DNA from: Smithellaceae bacterium
Lineage (GTDB): Bacteria > Desulfobacterota > Syntrophia > Syntrophales > Smithellaceae
Assembly (NCBI GenBank): GCA_963667845.2
Contig: CAXXVL010000002.1
Coordinates: 2,496,001-2,560,000, forward strand
DNA length: 64,000 bases
Direction of reading: 5' to 3'
The position numbers and the translations under genes were made by a program. Shown here piece after piece: positions 1-10,454 of the stretch; the first letter of the stretch is position 1; each line of letters begins with the position of its first letter. Below the pieces are notes generated by a model that was given only the letters and a program-made list of their open reading frames with translations, was not told where the DNA came from and did no database searches.

Positions 1-1
1 G

Positions 2-319
2 GACAGGACGCTGGCGGGCATTGTTCATGTGACGGGGCGCGCGACGGTTTGTACGGATTATCCCCGCGAAGAGGTCATCAGGAGTCTTGACGATCTGCCC
101 GTGATGGAAAAGAAAGCCTACGCTTATTTTGGCCACTACGCGATCCGGGATGGCGGAGAAATGCTGGGTTACGTCTCTTTGCCGATCGGTTACCAGGCCA
201 TTATCTGGCATAACGAAAAAGACCCGCAATGCCGCTACAAAGTGCAGATCGTGCTGCCCGAGCAGTCGTGGCGCCGCGGCGACTATGATGGCATCGACAA
301 AAGCACTTTCAGCTGGTAG
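2..319 (+). CDS. Hypothetical protein, 5' end outside window
   Basis: Frame is open from base 2 to TAG at 317-319; no recognisable motif. Confidence 0.55.
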   Translation, partial: DRTLAGIVHVTGRATVCTDYPREEVIRSLDDLPVMEKKAYAYFGHYAIRDGGEMLGYVSLPIGYQAIIWHNEKDPQCRYKVQIVLPEQSWRRGDYDGIDKSTFSW

Positions 320-367
320 AGCGGCCTGTAGATTCATCCACCTGATCACTGTCGCGGAGAAGAATTT

Positions 368-1015
368 ATGTCAAACGAGAAAGACAAACAGGAGATGCCC
401 GAAGATCTGAAGAAATGCGTTTCGTTTCACGGGCACATCTGCCCCGGCCTGATCTATGGCTACCGGGTGGCAAAAGAGGCAATGCACTTGCTGAACATCG
501 TGCGGTCCGTCGATGAAGAAGTCGTTGCCATAAGCGAAAACGATTCCTGCGCCGTGGATGCCCTGCAGACCATGCTGGGTACTTCAGCGGGCAAAGGCAA
601 TCTGATTATTCAAAATTACGGGAAGAATGTTTACACGGTGCTCAGCCGCTCCGGTCGTCAGGCATATCGATTCTCCCGCACGACGCGCTACGATTATGCA
701 GGCGATAACAAAAATGAATATGACCGGCTGGAGGCGGCCGTTGCCGCCGGAACCGCTGCGGAGAATGACCGGCGAAGGCTCAAGCGCTTGAAAATCGACG
801 ATTTGCTGTCGCGGCCCTTTGCTGAAATCTTTACGACCCTCTCAGTGCCTTTCGAAGAGATGCTCTACGCGGCGCAGGCGCCGTCGCAGCCCTGCGCCGT
901 CTGCGGCGAGATGACCATGGTCACAAAAATGAAAAGGTCAACCCGGTGTGGGCTGGTCTGCATTCCCTGCCTGGACAAAGCCCTGAAGGGATCGCCAACG
1001 GCGGACGGACTCTAA
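368..1015 (+). CDS. FmdE family protein with C-terminal zinc finger
   Basis: FHGHICPG and CAVDALQ motifs; C-terminal CAVCGE...CIPC. Confidence 0.9.
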   Translation: MSNEKDKQEMPEDLKKCVSFHGHICPGLIYGYRVAKEAMHLLNIVRSVDEEVVAISENDSCAVDALQTMLGTSAGKGNLIIQNYGKNVYTVLSRSGRQAYRFSRTTRYDYAGDNKNEYDRLEAAVAAGTAAENDRRRLKRLKIDDLLSRPFAEIFTTLSVPFEEMLYAAQAPSQPCAVCGEMTMVTKMKRSTRCGLVCIPCLDKALKGSPTADGL

Positions 1016-1085
1016 AACGGAACAGCATTCATATTCCGGCCGGTGACAGGAAAGACTTTTCCTTTAAGGATTCAGGTCGCTCTTG

Positions 1086-1186
1086 AATCCCGCTCACTTG
1101 GGGACGAGCGTTAATTCCCTGCCGCTTGCTGCGAAATAATGACGTTCATTTCCTACCTCGACAGCCTGCCTGCGAGGTGGTTGATT
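1086..1186 (+). repeat. Dispersed ~100-bp structured repeat, copy 1
   Basis: AATCCCGCT...GGACGAGCGTTAATTCCCTG...GCTTGCTGCGAAATAATGACGTTCATTTC...ACCTCGACAGC...GCGAGGTGGTTGATT; aligns to five other copies. Confidence 0.93.
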
Positions 1187-1254
1187 CCGGCGCCCGGGAT
1201 TATTAGGTTACCTTCAACGACATTTAGCCCGGTGTGCCGCAGGGGATTTGCCCT

Positions 1255-1944
1255 ATGAAATCAAAACGCCTCACCATTTCTGTTTCGGATACTGAGTCCG
1301 TTTCTGCCGTTTTGTCCATTCCGGACCAGCCCCAACCCGAAACGGCGGTGATTGTGGCTCACGGCGCCGGGAACGATATGAATAACCCGCTCGTTGTTTC
1401 TTTCTGCGGCGAGCTCGCGGGCGCCGGCTATCTGACGGTGAGATTCAATTTTCCGTATAAAGAGCGGGGACGGAAGGCGCCGGACCGGCCGGAAATTCTG
1501 GAAGAGACCTGGCGCCGGGTCTTTCTCACAATCAGGGACAACGCCGGTTATCCGCTGCAGAGAATCTTTGTTGCCGGCAAATCCATGGGCGGAAGAGTGG
1601 CCTCCGAAATGCTGGCCAAAGGAAGTCTCCCTGCCGACGGTATCATTTTCCTCGGCTATCCGCTTCATCCGGCGGGGAACAAGGAGAAACTGAGAGATCA
1701 GCACTTGACGCAAATCAAGGTCCCCATGCTTTTCTTTGCCGGGACGCGCGATCCCCTCTGCGACCTGAATCTGTTGAAACCCGTCCTCAAACGCCTGGGA
1801 ACAAGGGCGCAATGCTCGGTGATCGAAGGCGCGGATCATTCCTTCAATGTGCCGAAATCCGCCGGGTTCACTATCGGGGAGATCTATGGAAAGATTGCGC
1901 AAGAAAGTATCCGGTGGCTCGGTGATCAGCGGCGAGCAAAGTAA
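1255..1944 (+). CDS. Alpha/beta hydrolase (KANL3/Tex30-like)
   Basis: AHGAG, GKSMGG nucleophile elbow, GTRD and ADHS triad motifs; ATG 1255 preferred. Confidence 0.9.
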   Translation: MKSKRLTISVSDTESVSAVLSIPDQPQPETAVIVAHGAGNDMNNPLVVSFCGELAGAGYLTVRFNFPYKERGRKAPDRPEILEETWRRVFLTIRDNAGYPLQRIFVAGKSMGGRVASEMLAKGSLPADGIIFLGYPLHPAGNKEKLRDQHLTQIKVPMLFFAGTRDPLCDLNLLKPVLKRLGTRAQCSVIEGADHSFNVPKSAGFTIGEIYGKIAQESIRWLGDQRRAK

Positions 1945-2013
1945 AAATGATCGGCATGACAAACGATCAGGAACAAAGCCGCTTCGGACAATTGACGATT
2001 ATTGATCGGTTGA

Positions 2014-3033
2014 TCAAAGCTCTTCGCGTTTTTGAAAGGCACGGACGGCCTCTTTTTGCAGGGCTTCTTCCATCCCCTTGTACTTGGGCGAGAAATGAAA
2101 AATATGCAGGCGCCTGACGCCGGCAAGCGAGGCCAGGGTTCCTGCCTGGCGGGCGGTGAGGTGATGCTTTTTGGCGGCCGTGTCCGCATCCTCATCAAGG
2201 AAAGGGGCTTCGATGAACAGCAAGTCCGATCCGCGGGCGAGGCCCACCATTTTTTCGATATTCGCGTCGTTCCAGACGGCGTCGGTAATGTAGCTCACCT
2301 TTTGCCCCGGCGTAATTTTTACCGCCGTCTCTTCCAGCGCCCGAAGCGGCATAATTTTTTCGTCCATGCCACCTTCTTCATTTTTCCACCAGATGCGCAC
2401 CGGTGTATCTGCGGGTTCGCCGTTGATGATCTGCTCTTTTAACCGGGTAAGCCAGGCACCCGTGGGAAGCCCCATGTCTCTCAGGACATTACTTTTGATA
2501 TTCAGGCTGGTCTTTTCTTCAAAGCTGAAGGCCAGGCAGGGAATGCTGTGATCAAGAAAAGCGGTGCGGACCGAAAAGAAATCTTCCTCCACCAGTTTCG
2601 CACCGCGAGCTTCCCGAACCTCTTCATTCTCCGGCGTAAAACCGTTCACGCAGCGGTAATGCCGGGTGACTCTCCGGTCCTCGTGCACTTCGGTCGCGGC
2701 CAGCTCAAAGTCGTTGGTGTAATTCCGGACAAGGTTCCACGTGTAGGCTCCGAACTTGCTCTCCACGTTGGCGAGAAATCCCGGCGGGCCGAAAAGAGAA
2801 ATGTGTTGATCGCGTCCCAGGCAGATGCGCAGCAGATGGTCAAAACCGATGAAATGATCCATGTGGGTGTGCGAGACGAAGATATACCTTAATTTGCGAA
2901 TCTGCCGGGGCGGCAGATCCCGGATATCGCCGAGATCAAACAGACAGGCCCCGCGGCGGTATTTGAGCTCCAGGTACATACCCGGATCACCCGAAGGATC
3001 ATTGATTAAAAAGGCCGTGAACATAATGCGCAT
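2014..3033 (-). CDS. RNase Z-like MBL-fold metallohydrolase
   Basis: SHTHMDHF, LDHSIPC, HLTARQAG, FHFSPKY motifs. Confidence 0.85.
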   Translation of the reverse strand: MRIMFTAFLINDPSGDPGMYLELKYRRGACLFDLGDIRDLPPRQIRKLRYIFVSHTHMDHFIGFDHLLRICLGRDQHISLFGPPGFLANVESKFGAYTWNLVRNYTNDFELAATEVHEDRRVTRHYRCVNGFTPENEEVREARGAKLVEEDFFSVRTAFLDHSIPCLAFSFEEKTSLNIKSNVLRDMGLPTGAWLTRLKEQIINGEPADTPVRIWWKNEEGGMDEKIMPLRALEETAVKITPGQKVSYITDAVWNDANIEKMVGLARGSDLLFIEAPFLDEDADTAAKKHHLTARQAGTLASLAGVRRLHIFHFSPKYKGMEEALQKEAVRAFQKREEL

Positions 3034-3270
3034 CCCCGTATGTTGATCAGTTCAGGTCCGGCAGACATTGCCGGATGAGTCGGACGTCGATGTGTCCGAA
3101 TTTGAAATAGCGGCCTGCTCATCCCCATGCCGCAGGTGCAGGCGGAATTCTGCTGTTATTCGCTTCTCAATTTAAGCATGTTCTCCGCAGGTTTCAAGAT
3201 GGCCCGATTCCGGCCTATACACGCCGGGAAAAGTTTGGTATCTTAAAAAAAATGGGTTCATTCAGGAAAG

Positions 3271-4719
3271 GTGAAGATGATGCAAACGCACGACGCCAGG
3301 GAATTAGGACGATTTTTTAAACCAGCGAGTATCGCCATCATCGGCGTGTCCCGGGAAAATGTGACCTTCGGAGGCACAAGCTTTCTCGATCACTGGCTTA
3401 AGGCGGGATATGCCGGGCGCTTGTATCCGATCAACCCGAAAGCGCCGGAGGTGCTGGGCATCAAAGCCTATCCGTCGCTTATGGCCCTGCCCGAAGTGCC
3501 GGACCTGGTGACGATTGCGGTGCGGTCCGACCTGGTTCCCGGGGCATTAGAAGAATGCGCTAAAACCGGTGCGCGGTTTATTCACATCCTCACGGCCGGT
3601 TTCAGCGAGATCGGCACGGAAGAGGGGCGGCGGCTGGAAGAAAAGATTGCCGGCATTGCCAGGCAGCATGATCTGCTGATCATCGGACCCAACTGCATGG
3701 GCCCGTACAGTCCATCCATTCACCTCACGGCCTGGGGCGCCGTGCCGGGCCGCGACGGGCGCCTGGGGATCATATCGCAGAGCGGCGGTGTGACGCAGCG
3801 GTTCACGGAATACATCTCTTCGCTGGGCGTTGGCGTGAGCAAGGCGGCGAGCATCGGCAATGCCGCCGTGCTGGACAGTCCGGATTTTCTCGAATTCATG
3901 GCCGGCGACCCCGACATCGGCCTCATCGCCATTTATCTGGAAAGCATCCGGGACGGCCGGCGCTTCTTCGATATCGCCCGCGGCGTGTCGGACCGCAAAC
4001 CCATCGTCATGCTCAAAGGCGGCGAATCAAAGCAGGGCGCGGCCACGGTTGCGTCCCATACGGGGCGTATGGCCGGTGATCAGGCGATCTGGGAGGCGGT
4101 CTCCCGACAGACCGGAATCGTCCCTGTCACCAATATGAATGAGTGGGTTGACGCCTGCCTCGCCTTTTCGCTCCTGCCGAAAACCCGGGGAAAGGGCGTT
4201 TTTATTATCGGAGGAGGCGGCGGCAACAGTGTGATTTTTTCCGACTCGTGCATCCGGGCGGGCCTGGATGTGCCGGCGCTTTCCAGGGCCAGCATGGACC
4301 GGATTCGTCCGTTTGTCCCGGTGGCCGGAAGCATCGCCGGTAACCCGCTCGATTTCTGGGCGACCTATCTGAAGTCCGATTACCTTTTCGAGGTGCTCGA
4401 CGCGGCCTATGAGGACGAAGGCATTCACATGGTGATTGTGGACCGCCTGATTCCGCGCATCGCTTTCCATAGTCCCGACTTTACCGCAGATCCAGTTCCC
4501 CAGATCGTCAATTTCATTAAAACGCACAAAAAGGCCAAGCCCACGGTCTTTACCGTCGATTATGACGGCGGTGATCCCGGTCTCATTCAAAAGGGGTCAG
4601 CGCTCCGGAGCCGATTCTGTGAAGCAGGCATACCGGCCTTTCCGTCCTTTGAAAGGGCGATCGGCGCTCTGGCCCGCTTTGGGCAATACTATCGCCATTT
4701 CGCCGGCGCAGCGGAATAA
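3271..4719 (+). CDS. Acyl-CoA synthetase (NDP-forming) alpha-type CoA-binding subunit
   Basis: YPINPK, GPNCMG, SQSGG, ASHTG phospho-His loop, GNPLD. Confidence 0.9.
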   Translation: MKMMQTHDARELGRFFKPASIAIIGVSRENVTFGGTSFLDHWLKAGYAGRLYPINPKAPEVLGIKAYPSLMALPEVPDLVTIAVRSDLVPGALEECAKTGARFIHILTAGFSEIGTEEGRRLEEKIAGIARQHDLLIIGPNCMGPYSPSIHLTAWGAVPGRDGRLGIISQSGGVTQRFTEYISSLGVGVSKAASIGNAAVLDSPDFLEFMAGDPDIGLIAIYLESIRDGRRFFDIARGVSDRKPIVMLKGGESKQGAATVASHTGRMAGDQAIWEAVSRQTGIVPVTNMNEWVDACLAFSLLPKTRGKGVFIIGGGGGNSVIFSDSCIRAGLDVPALSRASMDRIRPFVPVAGSIAGNPLDFWATYLKSDYLFEVLDAAYEDEGIHMVIVDRLIPRIAFHSPDFTADPVPQIVNFIKTHKKAKPTVFTVDYDGGDPGLIQKGSALRSRFCEAGIPAFPSFERAIGALARFGQYYRHFAGAAE

Positions 4720-4757
4720 TAATCCCGTTTCCGGATTCCGTCGCTGCCAAATAGTCC

Positions 4758-4786
4758 TTGACGGTTAAAAACGGCTTTCCTATACT
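4758..4786 (+). promoter_or_regulatory. Sigma-70 promoter of amidase gene
   Basis: TTGACG-17 nt-TATACT. Confidence 0.6.
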
Positions 4787-4829
4787 CCGACGCATTGAAA
4801 CACTTGCCGATCAAACAAGGGGGAACAGC

Positions 4830-6245
4830 ATGTCGATATCAAACGAACTGAAATATCAGGATGCCACAGCACTTGCCGCACTTGTCCGGAAAAAGGAGAT
4901 CACACCCCTCGAGCTTGTCGAAGGCGCGATTGGACGCATCGAAGCGCTCAATCCGGTTCTCAATGCCGTGATCACCCCCATGTATGATCTGGCGCGCGCC
5001 GCCGCGCAGTCAACACTTCCCGACGGTCCCTTTACCGGCGTCCCGTTTCTGCTGAAAGATGTTCTCGCGTCATATGCCGGTGCGCGGATGACGCTCGGCG
5101 CCCGGGTCTTCCGGAACTTTATTCCGGATCATGACAGCGAACTCGTCGCGCGTTACAAAAAAGCCGGCCTCATCGTCATCGGCAAGACCAACCTGCCGGA
5201 ATTCGGCATTCTCCCGACCACGGAGCCCGAACTCTTCGGCCCGACGAGGAATCCCTGGAACACGGCCCATTCGCCCGGCGGTTCCAGCGGCGGATCGGCG
5301 GCGGCAGTGGCCTCCCGCATTGTGCCCATGGCGCACGGCAACGATGGCGGCGGTTCAATCCGGATACCGGCTTCGTGCTGCGGCGTTTTCGGACTGAAGC
5401 CGACCCGGGCCAGGATCACCATGGCGCCCGATGTGGGCGACCTGGCCGGCGGATTGGTCTCGGAGCATGCGCTCACGATTTCGGTCCGAGACAGTGCGGC
5501 GCTTCTTGATGCAACAGCGGGCTCCCTGCCCGGCGATCCCTACTTCGCGCCGCCCATGGAACGGCCGTATGTTAAGGAGGTCCAGGCCGATCCGGGACGG
5601 CTCCGCATCGCCTTTACCGCGGAACTCCCCGGAGGCGTTCCGGTCCACGCCGACTGCAGAAGCGCCGTGAAGGATGCCGCCATGTTGTGCGCTGAACTCG
5701 GGCACACCGTCGAAGAGGCATCACCTGCCATTGACGGGAATATGGTGTCTCAGGCCTTTGTCGTGATGTGGTGCGCCAGCATCGCGTCCATCGTCAAGAT
5801 GCTCGGCCTCAAAAAAGAACAGGTGGAGCCCCTGACCTGGGGAATCTATGAACTGAGCGGCGCCAATGACGCCGCGAGCTATCTGATTGCCACTCAGACG
5901 TTGCAGCGTGCTGCGCGGACAGTCGCCGCGTTTTTCGGAAAATATGACATATGGATGACCCCGACGCTGGCGAAGCCGCCGCTGCCGCTCGGATCATTCG
6001 ATCCGCAGCCGGACAATCCGATTGCCGGCTTTATCGAGGCGGGCACGTACTCCGTGTTTACACCGCTTGCCAACGCCACCGGCCAGCCCGCCATGTCGGT
6101 CCCGCTTTTCTGGAGCGGGGACGGACTGCCCATAGGCGTTCATTTCCTGGGCCGGTTCGGCGACGAGGCGACGCTGTTTCGGCTGGCGGCTCAACTGGAA
6201 AAGGCCAGACCCTGGAAGGACCGGTTTCCGCCCGTATCCGCGTAA
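4830..6245 (+). CDS. Amidase signature family enzyme
   Basis: [31 protein letters not shown] 4830 follows GGGGG RBS. Confidence 0.93.
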   Translation: MSISNELKYQDATALAALVRKKEITPLELVEGAIGRIEALNPVLNAVITPMYDLARAAAQSTLPDGPFTGVPFLLKDVLASYAGARMTLGARVFRNFIPDHDSELVARYKKAGLIVIGKTNLPEFGILPTTEPELFGPTRNPWNTAHSPGGSSGGSAAAVASRIVPMAHGNDGGGSIRIPASCCGVFGLKPTRARITMAPDVGDLAGGLVSEHALTISVRDSAALLDATAGSLPGDPYFAPPMERPYVKEVQADPGRLRIAFTAELPGGVPVHADCRSAVKDAAMLCAELGHTVEEASPAIDGNMVSQAFVVMWCASIASIVKMLGLKKEQVEPLTWGIYELSGANDAASYLIATQTLQRAARTVAAFFGKYDIWMTPTLAKPPLPLGSFDPQPDNPIAGFIEAGTYSVFTPLANATGQPAMSVPLFWSGDGLPIGVHFLGRFGDEATLFRLAAQLEKARPWKDRFPPVSA

Positions 6246-6342
6246 GGCGGAGGCTGCGGGCTTCCGTATGAGCAAGAGCGTGACCTCAACCTTACTTAAG
6301 AGATCTTATGTTATTTTAAAAATATATTTATAGGAGGAGTTC

Positions 6343-7131
6343 ATGTTTACGTATCACGATGTTTTGCTGGAAGTGAAAGAGAAGATTGCCGTTGTCACGC
6401 TTAACCGCCCGAAGGCCAGAAATGCCTTCAACGGAGGAGTCCTCGAAGGATTGTATGAGGCCGCAGCCCATGTCCTGGGGGATCCGGACATCCGGGTAGT
6501 GATCCTTACCGGCTCCGGAGACCAGGCGTTTTGTGCCGGCATCGACTTGAAAATGATTGCGGCAGGCGAAGATATGGATGGAGGCCGCAAACGCCATGAC
6601 CGCTTCGGTCACATCCAGATCTATCGGGACTGCTTTACCGCCTATGAAAAGCTGCCCGTTCCGGTGATTGCCGCCATCAACGGATCCTGCTTCGGCGCGG
6701 GTCTGGAACTGGCCCTGGGCTGCGATATCCGGTTGGCGGATGAGACGGCCATGTTCTCCATCCCTGAGGTTCAGCTCGGGATTATTCCTGACGGAGGCGG
6801 GACTCAGCGGCTGCCCAAAATCGTGGGAGTCGGCAAAGCCAAGGAGCTGATCTACACCGGGAGGAGAATCGATGCGAAAGAAGCCCTCCGGATCGGTCTG
6901 GTTGAACATGTCTATCCCAAGGCCGACCTCATGGCCGAGACCTGGAAGATGGCGAAGGAGATAGCGGCCAACGGCGCACCGGTAGTCGGCTGCAAGCGGG
7001 CGATCAATATCGGCGTGAATTATCCTGCGGATGTGGGGCTCTTGTTTGAATCGTCCACGCAGCAGTCATACCTGGAGGCGTTTCAAAAAGGCGCAGGCCA
7101 GATGCTGGAGAAAGTGAAGAAAGAAAAATAG
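6343..7131 (+). CDS. Enoyl-CoA hydratase/isomerase
   Basis: AFCAGIDL, GAGLELALGCDIR, PEVQLG; AGGAGG RBS. Confidence 0.93.
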   Translation: MFTYHDVLLEVKEKIAVVTLNRPKARNAFNGGVLEGLYEAAAHVLGDPDIRVVILTGSGDQAFCAGIDLKMIAAGEDMDGGRKRHDRFGHIQIYRDCFTAYEKLPVPVIAAINGSCFGAGLELALGCDIRLADETAMFSIPEVQLGIIPDGGGTQRLPKIVGVGKAKELIYTGRRIDAKEALRIGLVEHVYPKADLMAETWKMAKEIAANGAPVVGCKRAINIGVNYPADVGLLFESSTQQSYLEAFQKGAGQMLEKVKKEK

Positions 7132-7269
7132 AGAGGGGAGATTTTCGCGGGGCCCGGGGCTCCGGAGACGGGCGGCGATTCTTTGGGGCTTTGTCTTATT
7201 GATCTGCGGCTGGCGCATGATTAGATTGACTTGAAATAGGGGATCGAAGGCGAAACGGAGAAGCACCGC

Positions 7270-7926
7270 ATGAGACTTTTTGCAGCAAGCGATATCCACG
7301 GCGCACTCACGCCCATCAATAATGCCGCACCCCTCATCCGCGAGGCGGATTGGGTGGTGATCGCGGGCGATCTCACGCGCACAAAAACGCGGGCCGAGGC
7401 GGCCGATGTCATTGCCTGTTTTGAGCAATATACAACGCGCATCCTCGCCGTCCACGGCAACTGGGACAGGCTGGAAGTTAAGGACTTCCTCGAGGAGAAG
7501 GGATACAGCCTGCACGGGAAAGGGCGGGTCCTGGAGGGTGTCGGCTTTTTCGGTGCGGGCGGATCATCGCCCACGCCGTTTGGTACAGCCACGGAATACA
7601 CGGAGGATGAAATCGAATTGACTCTCCGGACGGGCTACGCGCAGATTCAGGAAGCGTCGCAGACGGTCCTGATTTCTCATGCGCCGCCCCGTGGTGTGCG
7701 CGACCGGAGTTTTCTGGGCCTTCATGGCGGCAGCCGCAGCGTCAAGTCTTTTCTGGAAAGGCATCCTGTCAGCCTCTGCCTGTGCGGCCATATTCACGAG
7801 GCGGCAGGTATTGAACGCTTTGGAAATACGCTCGTCGCCAACAGCGGAACTTTCAAGAAGGGCCATTACGTGTCCGTTGACATTGGTCCTGCCCTTGCGG
7901 CGGCAAGCGGCCGCGTGGCCTGTTGA
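7270..7926 (+). CDS. Metallophosphoesterase (Icc-like)
   Basis: SDIHG, AGD, GNWD, CGHIHE. Confidence 0.9.
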   Translation: MRLFAASDIHGALTPINNAAPLIREADWVVIAGDLTRTKTRAEAADVIACFEQYTTRILAVHGNWDRLEVKDFLEEKGYSLHGKGRVLEGVGFFGAGGSSPTPFGTATEYTEDEIELTLRTGYAQIQEASQTVLISHAPPRGVRDRSFLGLHGGSRSVKSFLERHPVSLCLCGHIHEAAGIERFGNTLVANSGTFKKGHYVSVDIGPALAAASGRVAC

Positions 7927-8084
7927 TGATCTTTTTCCGCTTGACGCCCGGCGGCATTTCTCCTATTGTTCAAAACAATGATTTTCGCCGGGAATACAAA
8001 AGAGCAAGCGTCGGAGAAGGTACCCGAAAGGTTTTCATTCATTTGCGCCCCAAAACCCGATCATCACAAATATAGGACAGGCCT

Positions 8085-9350
8085 ATGAACAAACGATTTA
8101 CGGACTTAATTCTTGCCGCCATCAAACAGAGAATCTCCGATCTGCACATCTGTGGCGGTTCTCCCCTGATTTTCCGCAGTGAAGGCATTATCCACTTCGA
8201 TAAAAATGTGAAATGGTCATCCATGGATATCGATACGCTGCTCAGGGAGACGTTGAGCGAGCGCCAGCTTTTGACGCTTCGAAAAAGATGGTCCGTCGAT
8301 TTTGCCATGTCGTTCAACAATGTCCGCATCCGGATCAACGCCTTTTACACGACGCGGGGATTAAGCCTGGCCATCCGCCTGCTTCCCGAGACGATTCCGG
8401 ATATCGCATCTTTGAACCTGCATCCGTCGCTGAATCAGATCCGGGATCTCAAGGCGGGCCTGATTCTGGTCTGCGGCAGTACGGGGTCCGGCAAATCGAC
8501 GACGGTGGCGGCGATTATCGAAGAGATCAACCGCAGCCGGCCCGTGCACATCATCACCATCGAGGATCCCATCGAGTACCGGTTCCGGCCCAAGAGGGCC
8601 TTCATCGAGCAGCGCGAAGTCGGCATCCATGTGCCGTCTTTCAACCAGGGGCTGCTGGATGTTTTGCGTGAGAATCCGGACGTCATTTTTGTGGGCGAGC
8701 TCCGCGAGCCGGACACCATCCGCCTCACGCTCAATGCCGCCGAGTCCGGGCATCTTGTTTTCGCGACACTGCATGCCACGGATGCGGAGGATGCCATCTA
8801 CCGCATCAACAATTGCGTGTCCGGCGATAATCAGGATGTCATCCGCTATCAATTTGCCTCCACGTTTTCCTGGCTGATTGTTCAGCAGCTGACGTACAAC
8901 GAGAAAGCGGGATTCCGTGTGCCGGTGCTCTCGATCACCCGCGGATCTTCATCGGTCAGAAGCAGTATTCGTGAAAACAAACTGACCCAGCTGGAAAACA
9001 TTATGCTTACCAGCCGCAACGATGGCATGTATACGATGGAGCTCTATCAAAAGGAGTTTGTGAACAATCAACCCGTGTTCAAGCATCCGTATAAAAGCTT
9101 CGGGATGGGAACAGAGTCATCCAGGGAAACGGATTTCATCTCATCTCTCATCGATCCCAACGCTGTTCAGGATGTGGTTTATATGGCGTCCGTGGATGAC
9201 GCATTTAAAACGCCGAACCTATCCGCAAAAGATGAAGACTGGCAGCAATATATCGTCCCTGAAGATCATGAAAATCTGACGGACGTCATCGCCCAGTTCG
9301 ATCAAATGGAAAATACCAAGCCCGGTCCGGCGGATAAAAAAAATAAATAA
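8085..9350 (+). CDS. pilT: PilT/PilU family type IV pilus ATPase
   Basis: SDLHI, GSTGSGKSTT Walker A, TIEDPIEY, VGELR, GHLVFATLH. Confidence 0.88.
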   Translation: MNKRFTDLILAAIKQRISDLHICGGSPLIFRSEGIIHFDKNVKWSSMDIDTLLRETLSERQLLTLRKRWSVDFAMSFNNVRIRINAFYTTRGLSLAIRLLPETIPDIASLNLHPSLNQIRDLKAGLILVCGSTGSGKSTTVAAIIEEINRSRPVHIITIEDPIEYRFRPKRAFIEQREVGIHVPSFNQGLLDVLRENPDVIFVGELREPDTIRLTLNAAESGHLVFATLHATDAEDAIYRINNCVSGDNQDVIRYQFASTFSWLIVQQLTYNEKAGFRVPVLSITRGSSSVRSSIRENKLTQLENIMLTSRNDGMYTMELYQKEFVNNQPVFKHPYKSFGMGTESSRETDFISSLIDPNAVQDVVYMASVDDAFKTPNLSAKDEDWQQYIVPEDHENLTDVIAQFDQMENTKPGPADKKNK

Positions 9351-9392
9351 AAATTTGCGGGCAAGAATTCCGCATAGAGGGGAAAGAACAAA

Positions 9393-10094
9393 ATGAAACA
9401 CAATGGACGGTTTGTCCTGAAAATCGCGGCGGCATTTGCTTTGATCGCTTTTAGCTTTGCTCAAGCGGGCTGGGCCGCGGTCCCCGGCCGTTACAATATT
9501 GATTTACACTATGATTCCGATAAGGCCGTTATCCCGGCGCAATTGAAGGCCGAGGGGAAAGTGCGTAGTGTTGTGATTGCCGTCGCCCAGTTTTCGGATG
9601 CGCGCCAGGTGGATGATAAGAAAGCCGTCGGCTGGGTGAAGGAACTGGATGGTTCGAAAGTAAAGGTGTTCCCCAAAACGAATCAACCGACGCGGATCAT
9701 TGCCGACGGCATTAAAGGCTATCTGAAAAAGGCGGGTTATAAAATTGCCGATAAAACGGCCTCATGGGACCTGAAAGAAGGGAACCTGCCGAAAGGAAGC
9801 GGCAAGGTGATTATCGGCGGCGCGATCGAGGAAATGGACATCACCTGCTGGACGGGCGTATTCAGCAATGATTACAAAATCAACATGAAACTCTCACTTA
9901 CGGTTGCGGATGCAGCCGGGGGCAAAATATTATACAAGGGTAATGTTACCGTTTCCTCATCCCGGACGGATACGTCCTTTTCCGAAGGCCAGCTCGGCTA
10001 TGAAGCCGGTATGGCTCTCGGCGATGCCATTGGAAAAATGTTTGAGGGGAAGACGGTGGCGGAAAAAATAAAGGAAGCTGCCCTGGCAAAATAG
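9393..10094 (+). CDS. Exported protein, YajG-like fold possible
   Basis: Signal peptide; FSDAR motif; no firm family. Confidence 0.65.
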   Translation: MKHNGRFVLKIAAAFALIAFSFAQAGWAAVPGRYNIDLHYDSDKAVIPAQLKAEGKVRSVVIAVAQFSDARQVDDKKAVGWVKELDGSKVKVFPKTNQPTRIIADGIKGYLKKAGYKIADKTASWDLKEGNLPKGSGKVIIGGAIEEMDITCWTGVFSNDYKINMKLSLTVADAAGGKILYKGNVTVSSSRTDTSFSEGQLGYEAGMALGDAIGKMFEGKTVAEKIKEAALAK

Positions 10095-10144
10095 CAGCGG
10101 ATCGGCTTCCGGCAATTGCCGGTGTCATCATCAATCCATATCCG

Positions 10145-10184
10145 TGCCGCGTTGTCGTAAAAAAGACTACGCGGCATTTTTTTT
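10145..10184 (+). terminator. Intrinsic terminator
   Basis: TGCCGCGT...ACGCGGCA stem followed by T8. Confidence 0.8.
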
Positions 10185-10454
10185 CAGACGATTTCCCAAG
10201 GCGCCGGGGCGGCAGCGATCCGGTGAGCCCAACCCGGCCGCGAGCGCCATGGGTGCCCGGTGTTTCCGCATGATGAGGAGTGATTCTTTAAACATTTCCG
10301 GGTCCGTTGCCTTCTATTGACTATCCCGCCAGGCATGTTTATTTTTTGAAAGTGACGGCGTTCAAGAAGCGCGGTTTTCCTGCTTTCGCTTTATCCTTTC
10401 CTTGCGGGATTGATCACGAAGCGCATCCGTAAAATAAAACACGTGAGGTGAACC

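Noticed and set aside
7927..8084. c-di-GMP riboswitch before pilT
   Set aside because: No GEMM consensus recognisable
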